64,000 bases of DNA from Felis catus (taxonomy: Eukaryota). The translations under genes and the position numbers were made by a program. The DNA lies in NCBI RefSeq assembly GCF_018350175.1, contig NC_058369.1:24182001-24246000 (forward strand), written 5' to 3'. Positions 26,431-39,770 of this stretch are shown here, in pieces (within the stretch, counting starts at the first letter, position 1; the number at the start of each line of letters is the position of its first letter). The notes under the pieces were generated by a model, which did no database searches, was not told the origin of the DNA, and was given only the letters and a program-made list of their open reading frames with translations.

Positions 26431-26821
26431 GACAGAAACCCTTCTAAAACACCATTTCGTTCCTCACTGCCTTCATGACAAAAACAAATTTTTTAAATTG
26501 TTTTTATTATAGCATGCAAGAGCACCCAGGTGTGTTTGCATCCACGTCTCTTGCTTTTGAGAAAACCTGGGTTCAGATACATAGTGATGTTGAGAAGGGT
26601 ACCAATAACCTCACTAAGCTTCAGTTTACTCATCTGCCCATTGCAAATTAATACTCCCTGTATTACAGGGTTGTTGGGGACTAGAAAGAATATTTCACAC
26701 CAGTGTCTTCTTCACAGAGCCTGGCCCATGGGAAGTGCTTAATGAACATCAGCAAAGTTTTCTAAGGAAGGCATTTAGAATTATCTTTCCTCCAAATTAT
26801 GTTAAAAATGTAGGGTCTTTT

Positions 26822-27009
26822 GGAGTGCCTGGGTGGCTCAGTCAGTTAAGCATCTGGCTTCAGCTCAGGTCATGATCTCGCAGTTCATGGCTTCGAACCC
26901 TGCGTCAGGCTCCATGCTGACAACTCAGAGACTGGAGCTTCCTTCAGATTCTGTGTCTCCCTCTCTCTCTGTCCCTCCCCCACTCACACTCTGTCTCTCT
27001 CTCAAAAAT

Positions 27010-27011
<2 letters not shown>
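26822..27011 (+). mobile_element. Can-SINE (SINEC_Fc-like)
   Basis: GGAGTGCCTGGGTGGCTCAGTCAGTTAAGC head to CTCAAAAATAAA; the tail runs into (CA)n. Confidence 0.95.
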
Positions 27012-27060
<49 letters not shown>

Positions 27061-27071
27061 GAGAGAGAGAG
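27012..27071 (+). repeat. (CA)n(GA)n compound microsatellite at a SINE tail
   Basis: About 22 CA units followed by (GA)n. Confidence 0.95.
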
Positions 27072-28294
27072 TGTGTGTCTTCAGAAAGGTCTTGTGTGCT
27101 TTTAAACTTTACAAAATTGCTTATTGATAAAAACAATTTACAAATAACACTTAAAATGTTGAGCAGTTGAGGAGAGTTATGTTAGTCATTCTACCCAAAG
27201 CATCTTCATTTTAAAGGACTGAACAAAAGCAAAATGTTTATGAGAGATGAGAAGGTAAACTCAACAAAGTGACAAACAATGAACAGAAAAGAAACCCCAC
27301 TCTCCCCAACAGCTATGAGAACTGAGAAGCTAACACAGATCCTCTCTATCAGGCACACAGATGAAGTTATTAAAGCTTAAAAGTTTAAAAATAAAACAAA
27401 AAACCCACCCATATCTGCAGGAGGAAAACACTCCATTTTGGTGGCCTGATACCTACCTCTGGACCTAACCATAATGATTAGGGAGAAATGGTTCCAGTAT
27501 GATGACTGCCTGGACAAGGGCACGAGTGCATAGGTCTGAATTCTCAGCCTTTTTTTATGTGCTGCCAACCCTCCTCCATGCCTCAGATAAGATCAAGGCA
27601 GATACAGACATTGTGCTACAGAAAAGACCATCTCTCTATCAGGGAGTTGTATTGTTTGTGCTGGTTTTTTTTTTCTTTTTTTCCAAAAGTAAAATCATCA
27701 TTTATCATTAAAAAAAAAAGGCTTTCATTTCTTTTCAGCTTTTATGCTGCTGGGATTCTTTGACCACACTGTGTGGGGCCATGAAGAACTGTCCCAAGAA
27801 TGATTCCTGGAAGAAGCAGAAAACCCCTCCTGGAAATACATCTTTTCTCTTGGCCGCCTCCCCAGTATTCCCGCACCAGGAACTGTCTTAAGCAGGCAGG
27901 AGGATGGATGGCCTGAGGTCTTCCCCCAGCTCTGCTGTCCATGTTTCTTGAAGCCCATTTGAAGCTGATGACTGTCTCTGGCCTACAAAGGGGCTGGGGC
28001 CTCCACGGAGGCCCGCTCACCAAGCCTACTCAAACTCACTTCAGAAAGAGAACTCCACATCCCTGTTCAAGAGAGGGTGAAGACGCAGACCAGCAGCTCA
28101 AAAAAAGGCTACTACATCTGCCAACACAAACAGCTTCTCAACATCCATTACAAGAGGTTTTCATCAATGGTTGGAATCCTTTATGTTATAGAAATAGTTT
28201 TCCGCCCCAAAAGAAGCACATTAAAGAGTAGTCCCTACAGTATCAGGAGTTCTTGAGCCAAACCAATTTATCCTAGCTCAAAACTTCTCACTGT

Positions 28295-28530
28295 GGAATA
28301 GAATGCAGTGGTTGATTCTGGGTTCTGTAGTCAGAACAGCTGAGTTTGAATCCTGACTCCACTAATTAATAGCTGTGTGACAATGGGCAAGTTACTTAAC
28401 TTCTCTGAGCCTGGCTGTCCTCATCTCAAATGGGACCAATAATAGTACTGTCTTGGAGTTACTATAAAGAAAATGTGTGATCAACTCTAAAGAATATAAC
28501 ATCATGCATAGGACCAAGTAAGTACTCAAC
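28295..28530 (+). mobile_element. MIR SINE
   Basis: GAGTTTGAATCCTGACTCCAC...AGCTGTGTGACAATGGGCAAGTTACTTAACTTCTCTGAGCC. Confidence 0.85.
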
Positions 28531-29939
28531 TGAGTCTTTTGTTTTCTCTGCTACAATAACAACTACAGACTGCTTGAGCAAACTATTTGCCACCACACCT
28601 TTATGTTCTTCCTGCTATTAGAGTATGTAGGTTTTATTTGTTTTCTTGTCTTGCTGGCTCTTGTTAATTTGTTAGTTTCTTCTAAAAACTAAAGGATCGA
28701 TATACAGGCTGCTAATTTTTGTGTTTTGTCTGTTTGCGTATTTATTAATTATCCTTGCATCTCTTAAGCCTGTTCCTCCCTTTTCACCTCTAGGGCTACC
28801 ACCTTATTTCGGTACCTCTGTTCCTTCTAGCTTGGGCTACTGCCTAGCCCTCCAGCACTAAGATTCTATATTCCTTCTGGAGGATACTCTTGCCTGCTAT
28901 TCCCAGACTCAAAAAGCTCAAAATCTTGAGCTAAGCACTCAAGGCTTTCCCTGTCCTGGCAAATCTTTACTGCTTACTCTTCCCCCCATTCCAGAGCTTA
29001 AGCTACAGAGTCCCCTGCCCTCTCTCCTGAACATTGTACTGTCTCAGCCCTGTTGCCTTTACTCATGCTCCTCACCTAATTCTACATCTGATAAAATTCT
29101 TTCCATTTTTCTGGTCCAGTGCAAATACCATCACATTCATAGAAGCTTCCCTGACCCCTCTATCCTCTGAATGCCCATGACATTCTCATTGAATTTGGCA
29201 TACTCTGCCACGGGGAATGCCTCTTTGTCTAATTCTAGATTTTCATTCCTATCTGCCTACTAGACAGAGCTGCCTAGCTATCCAAAAGTATCTAAAACAC
29301 AGGCTGGACAAAACCTCTCTGTTCTTAGCTCCTGCCATATTTCCACACCTGTTCCTACATCCTGCAACGTTAGGCAGGAATCTCAATCATGTAGGCAGGT
29401 CTCACTAAACCCAGGGAAAGCTGAGAAATTAGGCTTCCCAAGAAGAAAAAAAGAGAGATTCCTGCTGGGTCTTACAGAGAAGGGTATGGGAAAGCCATCT
29501 TGGGTCCAAGGAGACTCTAAACACAGGACTGTTTTATTGCCCCAAATAGCGATAGCTATCTAATCTTCCACCACCCCATTGCCTTGGTTCCCCTCTATGT
29601 AAGCTTCAAAGGCTCACATTCCACCTGCATGTCTTTCTGTAGCATCTAATTATGCATAATTTCTATCCCCTCATAACTTCAGCTCTTTATAATTCACACT
29701 ATTAATTCATTATACAAATATTTATTAAGTGTCTATTTTACAGGCACTGGGGTGGATAAGACAGGTTCTTTCCAGATAAAAGTTCCACTCTGGACTAGAG
29801 GATAGACGTTGAACAAGAATTAAGTCTGTGCTTCATGTTCTAGTGGGAAGTTACACGAATTTATAAGAGACCTGAGCTTGGCTAGCTCCAGTGAAAGGCA
29901 AACAGAGGAAATGACATTTAAACTTCACCTGACCTAGAA

Positions 29940-31010
29940 AAAAGTAGTTATATCCATACTTCATACCTTACAGTAAGATGAATTCCAGATGGTTCAAAGA
30001 CTAAATGCAGAAAATCAAACCATAAAAATAACCCCCCTAAAAAACAGGACAATTGTTCTTATGACACAAAATTCAGAAGATATAACAGAAAACACTGAAT
30101 ATTTGACTACATAAAAATAATTTGTAATAATTTCTATATAACAGAAACCACCATTAACACAAAAGAAAAAGCAAATTGGCAAGAGGAGCATTTTAAAGTC
30201 AAATCAGGGGCGCCTGGGTGGCTCAGTCGGTTGAGTGTCCCACTTTGGCTCAGGTCATGATCTTGCAGTTTGTGAGTTTGAGCCCCGTGTCAGGCTCTGT
30301 CCTGACAGCTCAGAGTCTTGAGCCTGTTTCAGATTCTGAGGCTCCCTCTCTCTGCCCCTTCCCCGCTCATATTCTGTCTCTGTCTGTCTCTCAAAAATGA
30401 ATAAACGTTAAACAAAAATTTGAAGTCAAATCAGACAAATAGGTAATTTTTCTAATATATAAAGAGCTTCTAAAAATAAATTTTAAAAAGAATATGACAA
30501 ATTATAAACCTATTTAAAGATACCCCATCTTCACCTGTAATAAGATAAAAGCAAATGAAAACTACATTTAAATGCCATTGTTCTCCTTCCATAGTGACAA
30601 AAATAAAAAGCATGAAAACCACATTGCATTGACAGAGTTAATGAGAAATAGGCTCTCTTTTATATTGCTGATTGGACTATAAATGGTCTAGTCTCTATAG
30701 AAGGCAACTAGAAAAATTAGAAATATATTGTCCTAGCAATTCCAAACCTAGGAATTTATCCTATATTCATATTCATATACATATGAAATTAAGCCTATTC
30801 AAAGTTATTAATTATAGGAGTCTATATGAGGGGAGGGGGAAATTGAAACAATCTAAAAATCCTCAGGAGGAGACTGGTACAAAAAAACAGTACGCAAAGG
30901 TTAAAAGGAATAGAAGCTTTCATGTATGGATATGGAAGAATCTCAGACATTTCATTTTTTAAAAAAGAAAGTCAAGGAACAAAACAGTCTGTATTCCATT
31001 ATACCACTCG
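29940..31010 (+). mobile_element. Old L1 (L1ME-like) fragment interrupted by a Can-SINE
   Basis: AATTCCAGATGGTTCAAAGACTAAATG, ATTTGACTACATAAAAAT, CCTAGCAATTCCAAACCTAGGAATTTATCC. Confidence 0.75.
30207..30422 (+). mobile_element. Can-SINE (SINEC_Fc-like)
   Basis: GGGGCGCCTGGGTGGCTCAGTCGGTTGAG head; TSD AAGTCAAATCAG at 30196-30207 and 30423-30434. Confidence 0.95.
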
Positions 31011-32778
31011 CATAAGTATCATTCTATAACTCCTATCAATTTGCTTCCATCTTTCTAGATGCTGCTTCTAGGAATAGTTCAAGTTACACCAAAGTGCCTG
31101 GTACAAAGCATACTTACAAGTACTATTTGATGAAAGTAAGTCAATGAATATAGGAAACAAATGGATGAAGGAACACCCAGGGATACTTGGCCTCTAAATT
31201 CAATGTTAGGTCCTTTTATGCACAGATACAGAAAACCAATGGCTGAATCTTAGCTATTTTGTTCCAGAAAAGTCTAAAATACATCCTTATGTAAGACAAA
31301 GATTGCTTTTAAATGGACATAAGATGAATTTTCTAGGTTTACTTACTCACATCCCTCAGGAAAAAAAAAAAAAACATTCAGTAGGGCAAGGTTGTTTTCC
31401 ACCTTAAGCCTTTTATTCTAGCAACTGAATTTTCTATAACTAGGAAAGCCAAGGAGGCTGCCTGGTCAGATTGCCTCCCACCTCTCTCTTCCGTGAACTC
31501 CCTCCTCCCACCTGCTATTCTTGTCATGAAAATCTTCATCACAACCATCACCACTTAATGAACATCTGCTGTGTGCCAGGCTGTGCTCCATGCCCAGCGT
31601 GCATTCTGACCACAAGCTCCTGAGGGATAAGTGTAATACACTGTCTCCATTTTACACACACAAGGATAGGCTTAAAGACCTGCGGATGTGTGTCCGACAT
31701 GCCACAGCAATGAGGATGCTATTTCTTAAGATGGAGTTTGATTTTCTACATGTAACATTCTGACAATAGGTAGCAGTTTGAATAACCTGAATTACAAGTG
31801 AAATACTAATATAAAGTAGTAGGTCTGGGATAGATGATACACATGAAATCCAAGATCAGTGCTTCTTTATCTGTTCAGGAATCCCTAAAAAGCCCCTGCT
31901 TTGCATGTTTAGGTGGCAGAGAGCACCCACACTCACCAGAGTGATAGGACACCTATGTGCCAATTGCCCAGTGAGTGTTTCTCACCAAGGCCCACTCATC
32001 ACAGGTTATCAGAAGATTCTCCAGCTATTCATTACTATAACCAACTCATTTTCTCCACAGTAATTATCTGTGAGCAACATATCATGCTGTCCTTGGAACC
32101 ATCAAACTGACATATGATTAAATAGCAGAGGGTTCTGAAGTTAAATTTAAAACCACTCTCTTACACTTCAACTCACACATCACATCGAGATCTGTCCAGC
32201 CATGGGAATATTCCAGTTGACCAACACCAAAGGCCATCAAGAGACTATTCCATTACTTCATGTTCACATCCAGGAAAGGTAATGGTTATGTTCTCAAAAC
32301 CTTCTAGAGAGATTTTCCAAGACCTGAAGTAAAATTTTGCAAGGCAATTCTCTGTTTGAAGCTCTGCTCCTGCCACACATTAAAATGTCTCAAGAGTTGC
32401 TTATGTTCACACCACGTGTCTTCACAATTACATGTGGGGTCTCACAAGAAATAGCATAATTTGTCCACACATGGTGAGGATCACACACTTTTCAACTTTC
32501 ACTGAAAAAATTATTGCAAAGCATAAATCATTGTACACTCAGTTCTGTTTATACCAATAAGAATAATGCTTATATTAACAATGTTACCAACTAGAAAAAA
32601 AAAACTGGAAGAGAAGGTCACTGGGCAGGCTAAGAGTTAAAACATAAGTCTCACTGCTCTTGGACTGAAAAAAAAGCAACAGGAGAGTCTTCAAGAGGAA
32701 ATTTCTTTCCATTCCCTGACTCGCTCTGTAATTTCTAGAATTAAAGTTTTTCTATAAAAATAATTCTACACAGTTCAA

Positions 32779-32890
32779 TTTATTTTTGCAGGAGCTGTGA
32801 ATTAGAAAAAAACAACAACTTTTTCCCATCCTCAATAAAATAGTTGTACCCAAAGCAAAATCAGCCAATTTCTGTCTTCCTATTCTGCTT
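32779..32890 (+). repeat. Diverged direct repeat, copy 1 (copy 2 at 33930-34040)
   Basis: TTTGCAGGAGCTGT...AACAACTTTTT(C)CCATCC-CAATAAAATA-TTG-ACCCAAAGCAAAATCA...ATTTCTG...TTCTGCTT shared by both copies. Confidence 0.9.
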
Positions 32891-33929
32891 TTCATATTTA
32901 TTTACCTTGATATTATAATTAATCTTCAACTGTATAGTATTCATTAAATTTAGGGTAAAATTAAAAAGAGCAGCAAATATTAAAATTATAAGAATTCCTT
33001 ACAAAGAAACTTCCAAAACCCTTGTTAGGTATATTAACAACAAGGTATTTTGTTCAGAGAAACATACACAGTACCCACTCATTTTTAAATAGGTTCCTCC
33101 AAAACGTAGGCTTCACAAAAATGTGAAATTATGCAGTGTGAAAATTCCAAGTACCTTTACCCAATACAGAAGAGAGTCCCAGTCACTAGTTGGATAGGTT
33201 TCCCTACAACGTGAGCTGGTATTGTGGGTAATGAAGTGATAGAATTCACATTTCATAAGAAAAGCCATATAAAGGAAATAGATATTATTTTTCTAGAAAG
33301 TGATTTATAATAATACTGAGAAACTATTTTTTTAAAAAATTCCTTCCCCTTCTCAACATTTACAGAAAAGGCTAACATATCTTGAGAAGATTTACTATTT
33401 GCTGATATTCATCCATATGGTAGTACCAACCAAAAGCCAGGAGTATGGACAGAATGGGTGGGGAAGGGGGGCGAAGGTTTTGAAAAACCACAAAGGAATG
33501 GTTAACCCGACCAACTTGGCATCTCTTCTCCTGGGGCCAAGATTTACCAGGCCTACCCAGGACTATCCCTTGATTTTGCTGTTGTTGTCATTGTTTTAAC
33601 AGATCTGCAAGTGCAAAATGGTTTTACTCATCTCCAAGGAACCTCAGAAACACACTGTACCACAAAGCATTTCAACTACAATGCAAATTGCGTTCCTTCA
33701 ATCTTCTTCACATTCTAGAGAATACAGATAGAGAGCCAGAGCAGCCACTCAAGCAAAAGTTGAAAAGTAAAAATAATATAGAGCATAAAGCCCTAGCTCT
33801 ACAAATTGGAGCTGGCTCAGCAAAACATTAGCCATGGCAAGTCCTATCAAGGCCAGGTTGGAAAGGTGCAAGAACCAACCCCTGGCTACACCTCAAAAGT
33901 TCAAAAACATTTCCAAATATAGAACCCAC

Positions 33930-34040
33930 TTTATGTTTGCAGGAGCTGTAAATCAGGGAAAACAACTTTTTCCATCCCCAATAAAATATTTGCACCCAAA
34001 GCAAAATCAACTGATTTCTGGCTTTCTACCAGTTCTGCTT
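33930..34040 (+). repeat. Diverged direct repeat, copy 2
   Basis: Colinear match to 32779-32890, roughly 80% identity by eye. Confidence 0.9.
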
Positions 34041-34350
34041 GGGCATAAAATTTTCTGACACTTCACCAGAAATGTCAGCATTAGTATAAGGCAGCTAAAA
34101 GAGGGAAATAATTTTCTGACCTGTGGATAACCCCTTCAACCCCAACAGGAAAAGGAATTTAAAAAAACACCTGAAACCCAGTTTTTCCAGTTATTAGTAT
34201 AAATGGGACAAACTATTTTTCTTAGTAGCCAAATCCTTCCTTATAGGAAGTGCTGGTCTTTGAATTCAGTGAGGGAAGGGGTCATGTCTGTTTTACTGCT
34301 ATATTCCCATACCTCACTGACTCAATGCAGAAGGATTTCAATGAACAGTC

Positions 34351-34540
34351 AAGAAAAGAGGGGAAGGAGAGGGAGGGAAAGAGAAAGAAGAGGAAAGGAA
34401 AAGAAAGGAAGATGGACGGAGGGAACAAAAGACAGAAAGAAAGGGATAAGAAGGGGAGCAGGGAGACAAGAAAGGAAGAAGGGAGAGATGAAGGAGTAGA
34501 GGAGGGAAAGAGAAAGGGAGAGAGGGAGGGAGAAAAAGAT
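34351..34540 (+). repeat. GA-rich polypurine low-complexity tract
   Basis: About 190 nt almost entirely A/G. Confidence 0.92.
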
Positions 34541-35598
34541 AAATTTAGAAGGAGATGTTTCCTCTTCTCCCTTTATTTGTGTCTTTACTTTTCTTGAACT
34601 TTCAAGCAACCAGCTTGATAGAAAACTAATCATAACTTTTCTGAGGGCTTCCTGTCTGAAGCAGTCAACACAGTCGACTCCACCTCCAGGAAGAGCCCAC
34701 CAGCAACTCTCCATAGGGACCCAGTAAAGGGCATGAGGGGTGAGAGGGAGCGAAGGAAGTTACTGTCTTCAACAGTTATTTATTCAACACACAGGAGTGT
34801 GATTGCCACTTCCAGTGTGTGCTACAACACCATGTGGAGCTGGAGATCTAGCTGGTGCTCAAGGAAGCCGCCATCTACTAGGAGACACAGTGCCTAATCC
34901 AAGGTAGGATATAACACAGGCCAGGAGAAAGGGTCAGATAAAGCTCAGGAGGTCAAGGCAGGGAGAAACTGCTTCTGCTTCAGGGGCTCAGGGAAGGTTG
35001 GACAGGTGATACCTGATAGGGCCATGAAGAGGCAGGATTTTTACAGAAGAAACCAGCCCAAGGAGGGGGAAGAGGTGGAGGGGGAGGGAGGCAAGAATCA
35101 CAGAGTGAAGAGAGAGGCTGTCTGCACAGCCAACAGGACAGTATTTCCCCAAGGTGTTTCACGTGGTCTATTCTATGAACCCCATATTTGGGAAACTGTG
35201 GATCCTACTCAATTGCACGGGAGTCCCTACTGTAGGCCTTCTCAGTGATTTTAATGCAATTGAAGAAGTGGCAAAAGATTCCATTTGTAAATCAGAAAGG
35301 ACCAGCTTTGGGGTGAAAAACCCCAATTTCTTCACTTACTAGCTTGTATTAACTTGAGAAAAATATTTAACTTTTATGAACTCCAGTTTCCTCTTCTCTA
35401 ACATGAAAGAACAGACAGTCCCAACCTCATACAGTTGCTATAAGTAAACACTACAAAAAAAGTTATTAATTCAGTGCTGGCACTTAATGTCCAATATTGT
35501 TACTGCTGCTGTTACTTCTACTTCTGTTATTTCTATTATTATTAATATCAATGTGCATAACGAATATAAAAATGAATGTAATATACATCATCATTTCT

Positions 35599-35800
35599 AA
35601 CTTTTTTTTTTTAATGTTTATAGAGACACAGAGCACGAGAGGTGGAAGGGCAGAGAGACAAGGAGTCACAGAATCCGCAGCAGGCTCCAGGCTCTGAGTT
35701 GTCAGCACAGAGCCCGATGTGGGGCTTGAACTCACGGACTGTGAGATCATGACCTGGTCTGAAGTCGGACGCTTAACTGACTGAGCCACCCAGGCGCCCC
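35599..35800 (-). mobile_element. Can-SINE (SINEC_Fc-like)
   Basis: Ends GAGCCACCCAGGCGCCCC; TSD ACATCATCATTTCT at 35585-35598 and 35804-35817. Confidence 0.95.
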
Positions 35801-35849
35801 AACACATCATCATTTCTTAAGCAATTTGGTCAGTTTTTCATCAGCTATC

Positions 35850-36052
35850 TTTTTTTACATTTATTTTGAAAGAGAGAGAGAGAAAGAGAGAGCATGAGCA
35901 GGGGAGGGGCAGAAAGGGAGAGAGACAATCCCAAGCAGGCTCCACATCCAGCATGGAGCCTGACACAGGGCCCAATTTCATAACCACAAGATGATGACCT
36001 GAGCCCATATCAAGAGTCAGACATTCAGCCAATCGAGTTACCCAGGCGTCCC
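35850..36052 (-). mobile_element. Can-SINE (older, more diverged)
   Basis: Ends TTACCCAGGCGTCCC; TSD TTCATCAGCT at 35837-35846 and 36053-36062. Confidence 0.92.
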
Positions 36053-37158
36053 TTCATCAGCTGCTTTTTAGAAATGCCAGGCCAGCATATAGTGCCAGGC
36101 CTAGCACACAGTAGGTGCTCACTAGGTATCTGTGGAGAGAATGAGGTAAGAACTAGTGAAGAACAAACTGCAGGACAGCAGGGGATGCTCTAGGCAAGTT
36201 GTTTTCCATTATTTCTTTGGGCAACAGACCTCTGAGGTCCGGGAGCAATGACTTCATCCTTTGCTAGAAGAATGAGAGATTGAGAGTGCAGTACTGAGCT
36301 CTGGGGAAACATCACAAAGAGTTTATTTTGGTAGAAGTGTTTGAAGTGACTCTGTAACAATGAGCTCACGCCTGCTGCCAGGCGCCAGCCATCAGCTGGA
36401 GCCTGCTTGCCAGGGAGATGCACACAGCCTGTCACCAACAGTACCCCCACAGGATATGTGCAGGGGGATCCCAGGAGACCCACTCAAAACACAGCTCCTT
36501 CCTCTCCAAGAAGGGATACTGAGGCACAAGCAAGGAAGCAGCTGACCCAAGATCCAAAGCAAACTGGAGGCTAGGAGAGCCCAGGAAAGCTCTGAGTCTT
36601 CTGGTTTTACTTGGTTGACTCTCTGGCAGGATTTAGAAGTGAATCCCAAAGGATATTGTTTCTTTTTTTTTGGTCAGTTGCTGCATACATTTATCTAGAT
36701 AATGTCATCTGTCATAAGTCACACACTAATCTCACAAATAGTTCCTAGAAATGAGCAAACTTCAACATAAACTCTCCCCCAGAGTGCAATGCAGAGATCC
36801 TGTTAAATCTCTCCAGCTTCCCACTGGTTTGTGTGTAAAGAGATTCTTGACAGAAGTGGGAGTTTTCTGGAGTGAGAATCTGACCAGTTTGGAATATGAC
36901 ATTTGCACTTTACCAAACCAGATACTTATTATCTGTCCACCTGAATTCAAGCAGGACAGTCTGTATAGAGTTTGAAAAGGAAGTGAGGCCATTTTAAATA
37001 GTAGCTGGAGGGGAAGATTTCCCGTGGTGTCCAGAGCAAAGAAAAAGAGACCCAACAGTGAGTCAAGTTTTCAAACTTCAGATTGGGAGGTAGGGAGGTG
37101 CAGGGCAGACTAAAAACTTCTATGGTAAGAAAGACCACACATTAAAAAAAAAATGTGA

Positions 37159-37365
37159 GGGGCGCCTGGGTGGCTTGGTCAGTTAAGCGTCCGACTTCGG
37201 CTCAGGTCATGATCTCACGGTCCCTGAGTTCGAGCCCCGCATCGGGCTCTGTGCTGACAGCTCAGAGCCTGGAGCCTGTTTCAGATTCTGTGTCTCCCTC
37301 TCTCTCTGCCCCTCCCCTGTTCATGCTCCGTCTCTCTCTGCCTCAAAAAATAAATAAAAAACGTT
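37159..37365 (+). mobile_element. Can-SINE (SINEC_Fc-like)
   Basis: GGGGCGCCTGGGTGGC head, CpG-rich body; flanked by AAAAAAATGTGA on both sides. Confidence 0.95.
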
Positions 37366-37501
37366 AAAAAAATGTGATATGTATATACACACATATGTGT
37401 ATGCATACATACACAAATATATGTATCTCAATTATAAGTCATATAAAGAAAGTACGCTAGCCAGAGGTCCTGTATTCAATTCAATTGTTACATTTCATTT
37501 T

Positions 37502-37692
37502 TTCCCTTAACTATTTTTTTTCCTTTTTCAAGCTTTTACTAAATTCCACTTAGTTAAAATAGTGTAATATTAGTTTCAGGTGTAAAATTTAGTGATTCAC
37601 ACTTATATACACTACCCAGTGCTCATTACAGCAAGTGCCCTCCTTAATACCCATCACCCATTTAACCCATCCCTCACCCATTTCCCCTCCAG
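37502..37692 (-). mobile_element. 5'-truncated carnivore-type L1 (3'UTR only)
   Basis: AGTGTAATATTAGTTTCAGGTGTA...CAAGTGCCCTCCTTAATACCCATCACCCATTT; perfect 19-bp TSD AATTGTTACATTTCATTTT at 37483-37501 and 37693-37711. Confidence 0.92.
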
Positions 37693-39758
37693 AATTGTTA
37701 CATTTCATTTTATTTTAACTGGTAAACTTGGAGTGGTTGGGGAAGGGGGGAGCACAGTTAACTCTGGAAACTTGTCAAAGCTCAAGAAAGCTTCCAAGAC
37801 CTATAGACATTTTTGTTTCCAGGAAAGCAGGGCTGCCCAATTTCTCTTACACTAAAAATATAACAAGAGACTGTTTACAGTGACTGCACATTTTCTCCAT
37901 TGTGTGCTTATGGGGCAAGAGGTTAAATGATATTGAAATGATCTGAATCTTGATTTGCCCATATAGTTCACACAACGGACCTGGCCTGAACATTTTACCA
38001 AAACCAATCAACACACCGAGCCCCCTGTAGATAGACCCCTTGTCACCCACAACCTCTCCCAGCCCTAATCCTGCATCTTGTCTTCTGAGAGTCAGAGTTC
38101 ATGTTCATTCACCATGAATAAGGAAAAAACTAAGTACTACACCATACAGTTCCCGACATATAAGACAAAGTAGAATGCCCGTGGACAACATCTGAAGACC
38201 CTGGCAGGGAACATGAGGTGTGAGAGAAAAAGGGGTTCCTGGTCTCAAGGGCTTCAATATCAACAGGTGCAGATTAGGAGCAGCAGAGCGAAGGAAAAAG
38301 GAAAAAGAAAACAAAAAACATACGCAAGGACGAAGGCTAAAGCTTCATTAAAAGAGCGGATCCAAAACTTGGAGGAAAGGTTTGGATGCCATGTGGTCAA
38401 GCTCCTCCTCTCTTTCATTATTAGGTCTCTCTCTGCATACAGGGGCACCAGAAAGTTAATGAACTGTCATTAGCTTTTGGATGAGAGCACTTCTGTAGGA
38501 CCATGCTTTTAACCTCTGTTTAGATCTCTCGTGAACTCTTGAGAATGGGCTTTGTTCAGTGTGTTGAAGTTCAAGGCAGTTCCTGTGGGACACCCAGTGT
38601 GGTATGTGGGAATAGCAGAGATGTGGTTTCATTTTCAAGGTCTATGAGCCACATGGATTGGGAGCAGACAGTGGGACAAAACTGGTGTGTAGGCAGGAGG
38701 CCTCATTTTGAAATCACTTGCTGTTAGCATAAATGTATTGGTCTGGTGGCTTAGGTGATAAGCAGTGAACAGAATAAATAAGTGCAGACACTAAATAAAG
38801 AGAAGAAAATAGTATCACTTGCCTCTCAAAAGAACCACATTGGCTATCAATTTGAGTCTTTTTCTTCCAAGTTTGGTAGTTCAAAACATACAGCAAGTAC
38901 CTTTTGGTAAATTCATTGACTGAAGAAATCAATAGATATTACTGCATATTATTGTAAAGAAAAGTCTTGCTTGACTTAAAGGAGAACAAATTACTGACTT
39001 GGACCCCTATCTTAGAGGAATCAAATCTGGGATGTGTTTCTAAAGCAAAACGTTCATTTTGCTTCTTAATATTGGGGTGTACATAGTCAACATGGAATCG
39101 AGTTTTATATTTGGTTCCATATGCTATGCCCTAGGTAATTAAAGTATGTCTTATGGCTAATAAAAATGAAGTAAAAAAGTCAAAAACCAAAACAATGACA
39201 GGAAATAACATGTGTGTACAATATGTTACCAACACACTGATAATTTTCAAAAGTGACTTTTAAAAAAGTATCATAAATCTTTCAAAACATAGTGATTTAT
39301 TAAGCAAAAAGTCTGAGTGGTTTGCACTATTAAATTCAGCTTTTGAGTTGCTGTGTCACAGGCAAATCTTTTGTTCTCCTAGGTTAAATTTAGCATCCTG
39401 CATTTTGTTTTTTCCACTGCAACATGTTTTATCATCATGCAATCAATTTTCTGAGCTGCTCAGGAGAAACACACTAGGGAGTTTTCACTCTGATTTCTCT
39501 TACTGATTGTATAATCCAGAAATCAAATTGTATCAAATAATCCTACAGTGATTTATTTCCATCTTCTTCTTTGCCCTTTCCCACCTATACAGCTTTCTCA
39601 TAAAAATAAACCATCCCTAGGCATGGGATGAAATGGGGAAAAAAAAATGTGGTGGCCAGAGGAAAACCATTTCAGAAATGTGTTTGTTAAACAAGTGCAA
39701 GCAATAAATTGAGCTTAGGGGGGGAAAGGCAGTTAGAAGAAAAACTCAAAGTACTGAC

Positions 39759-39770
39759 CTGAGAGTCAAG
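39759..39770 (-). CDS. ERC2: ERC2 12-nt microexon, phase 2-2 (CTTGACTCTCAG), inserting SLTL
   Basis: Minus strand reads TTTCACCCTTGCTCCAATCAG|CTTGACTCTCAG|GTCAGT. Joined to the flanking exons it gives AG|C TTG ACT CTC AG|G = S-L-T-L-R, matching AELESLTLRHMKDQ as I recall it in human ERC2. Confidence 0.92.

Noticed and set aside
34203..34714. Charged or hydrophobic 98-121 aa ORFs
   Set aside because: Translations of the GA-rich low-complexity tract
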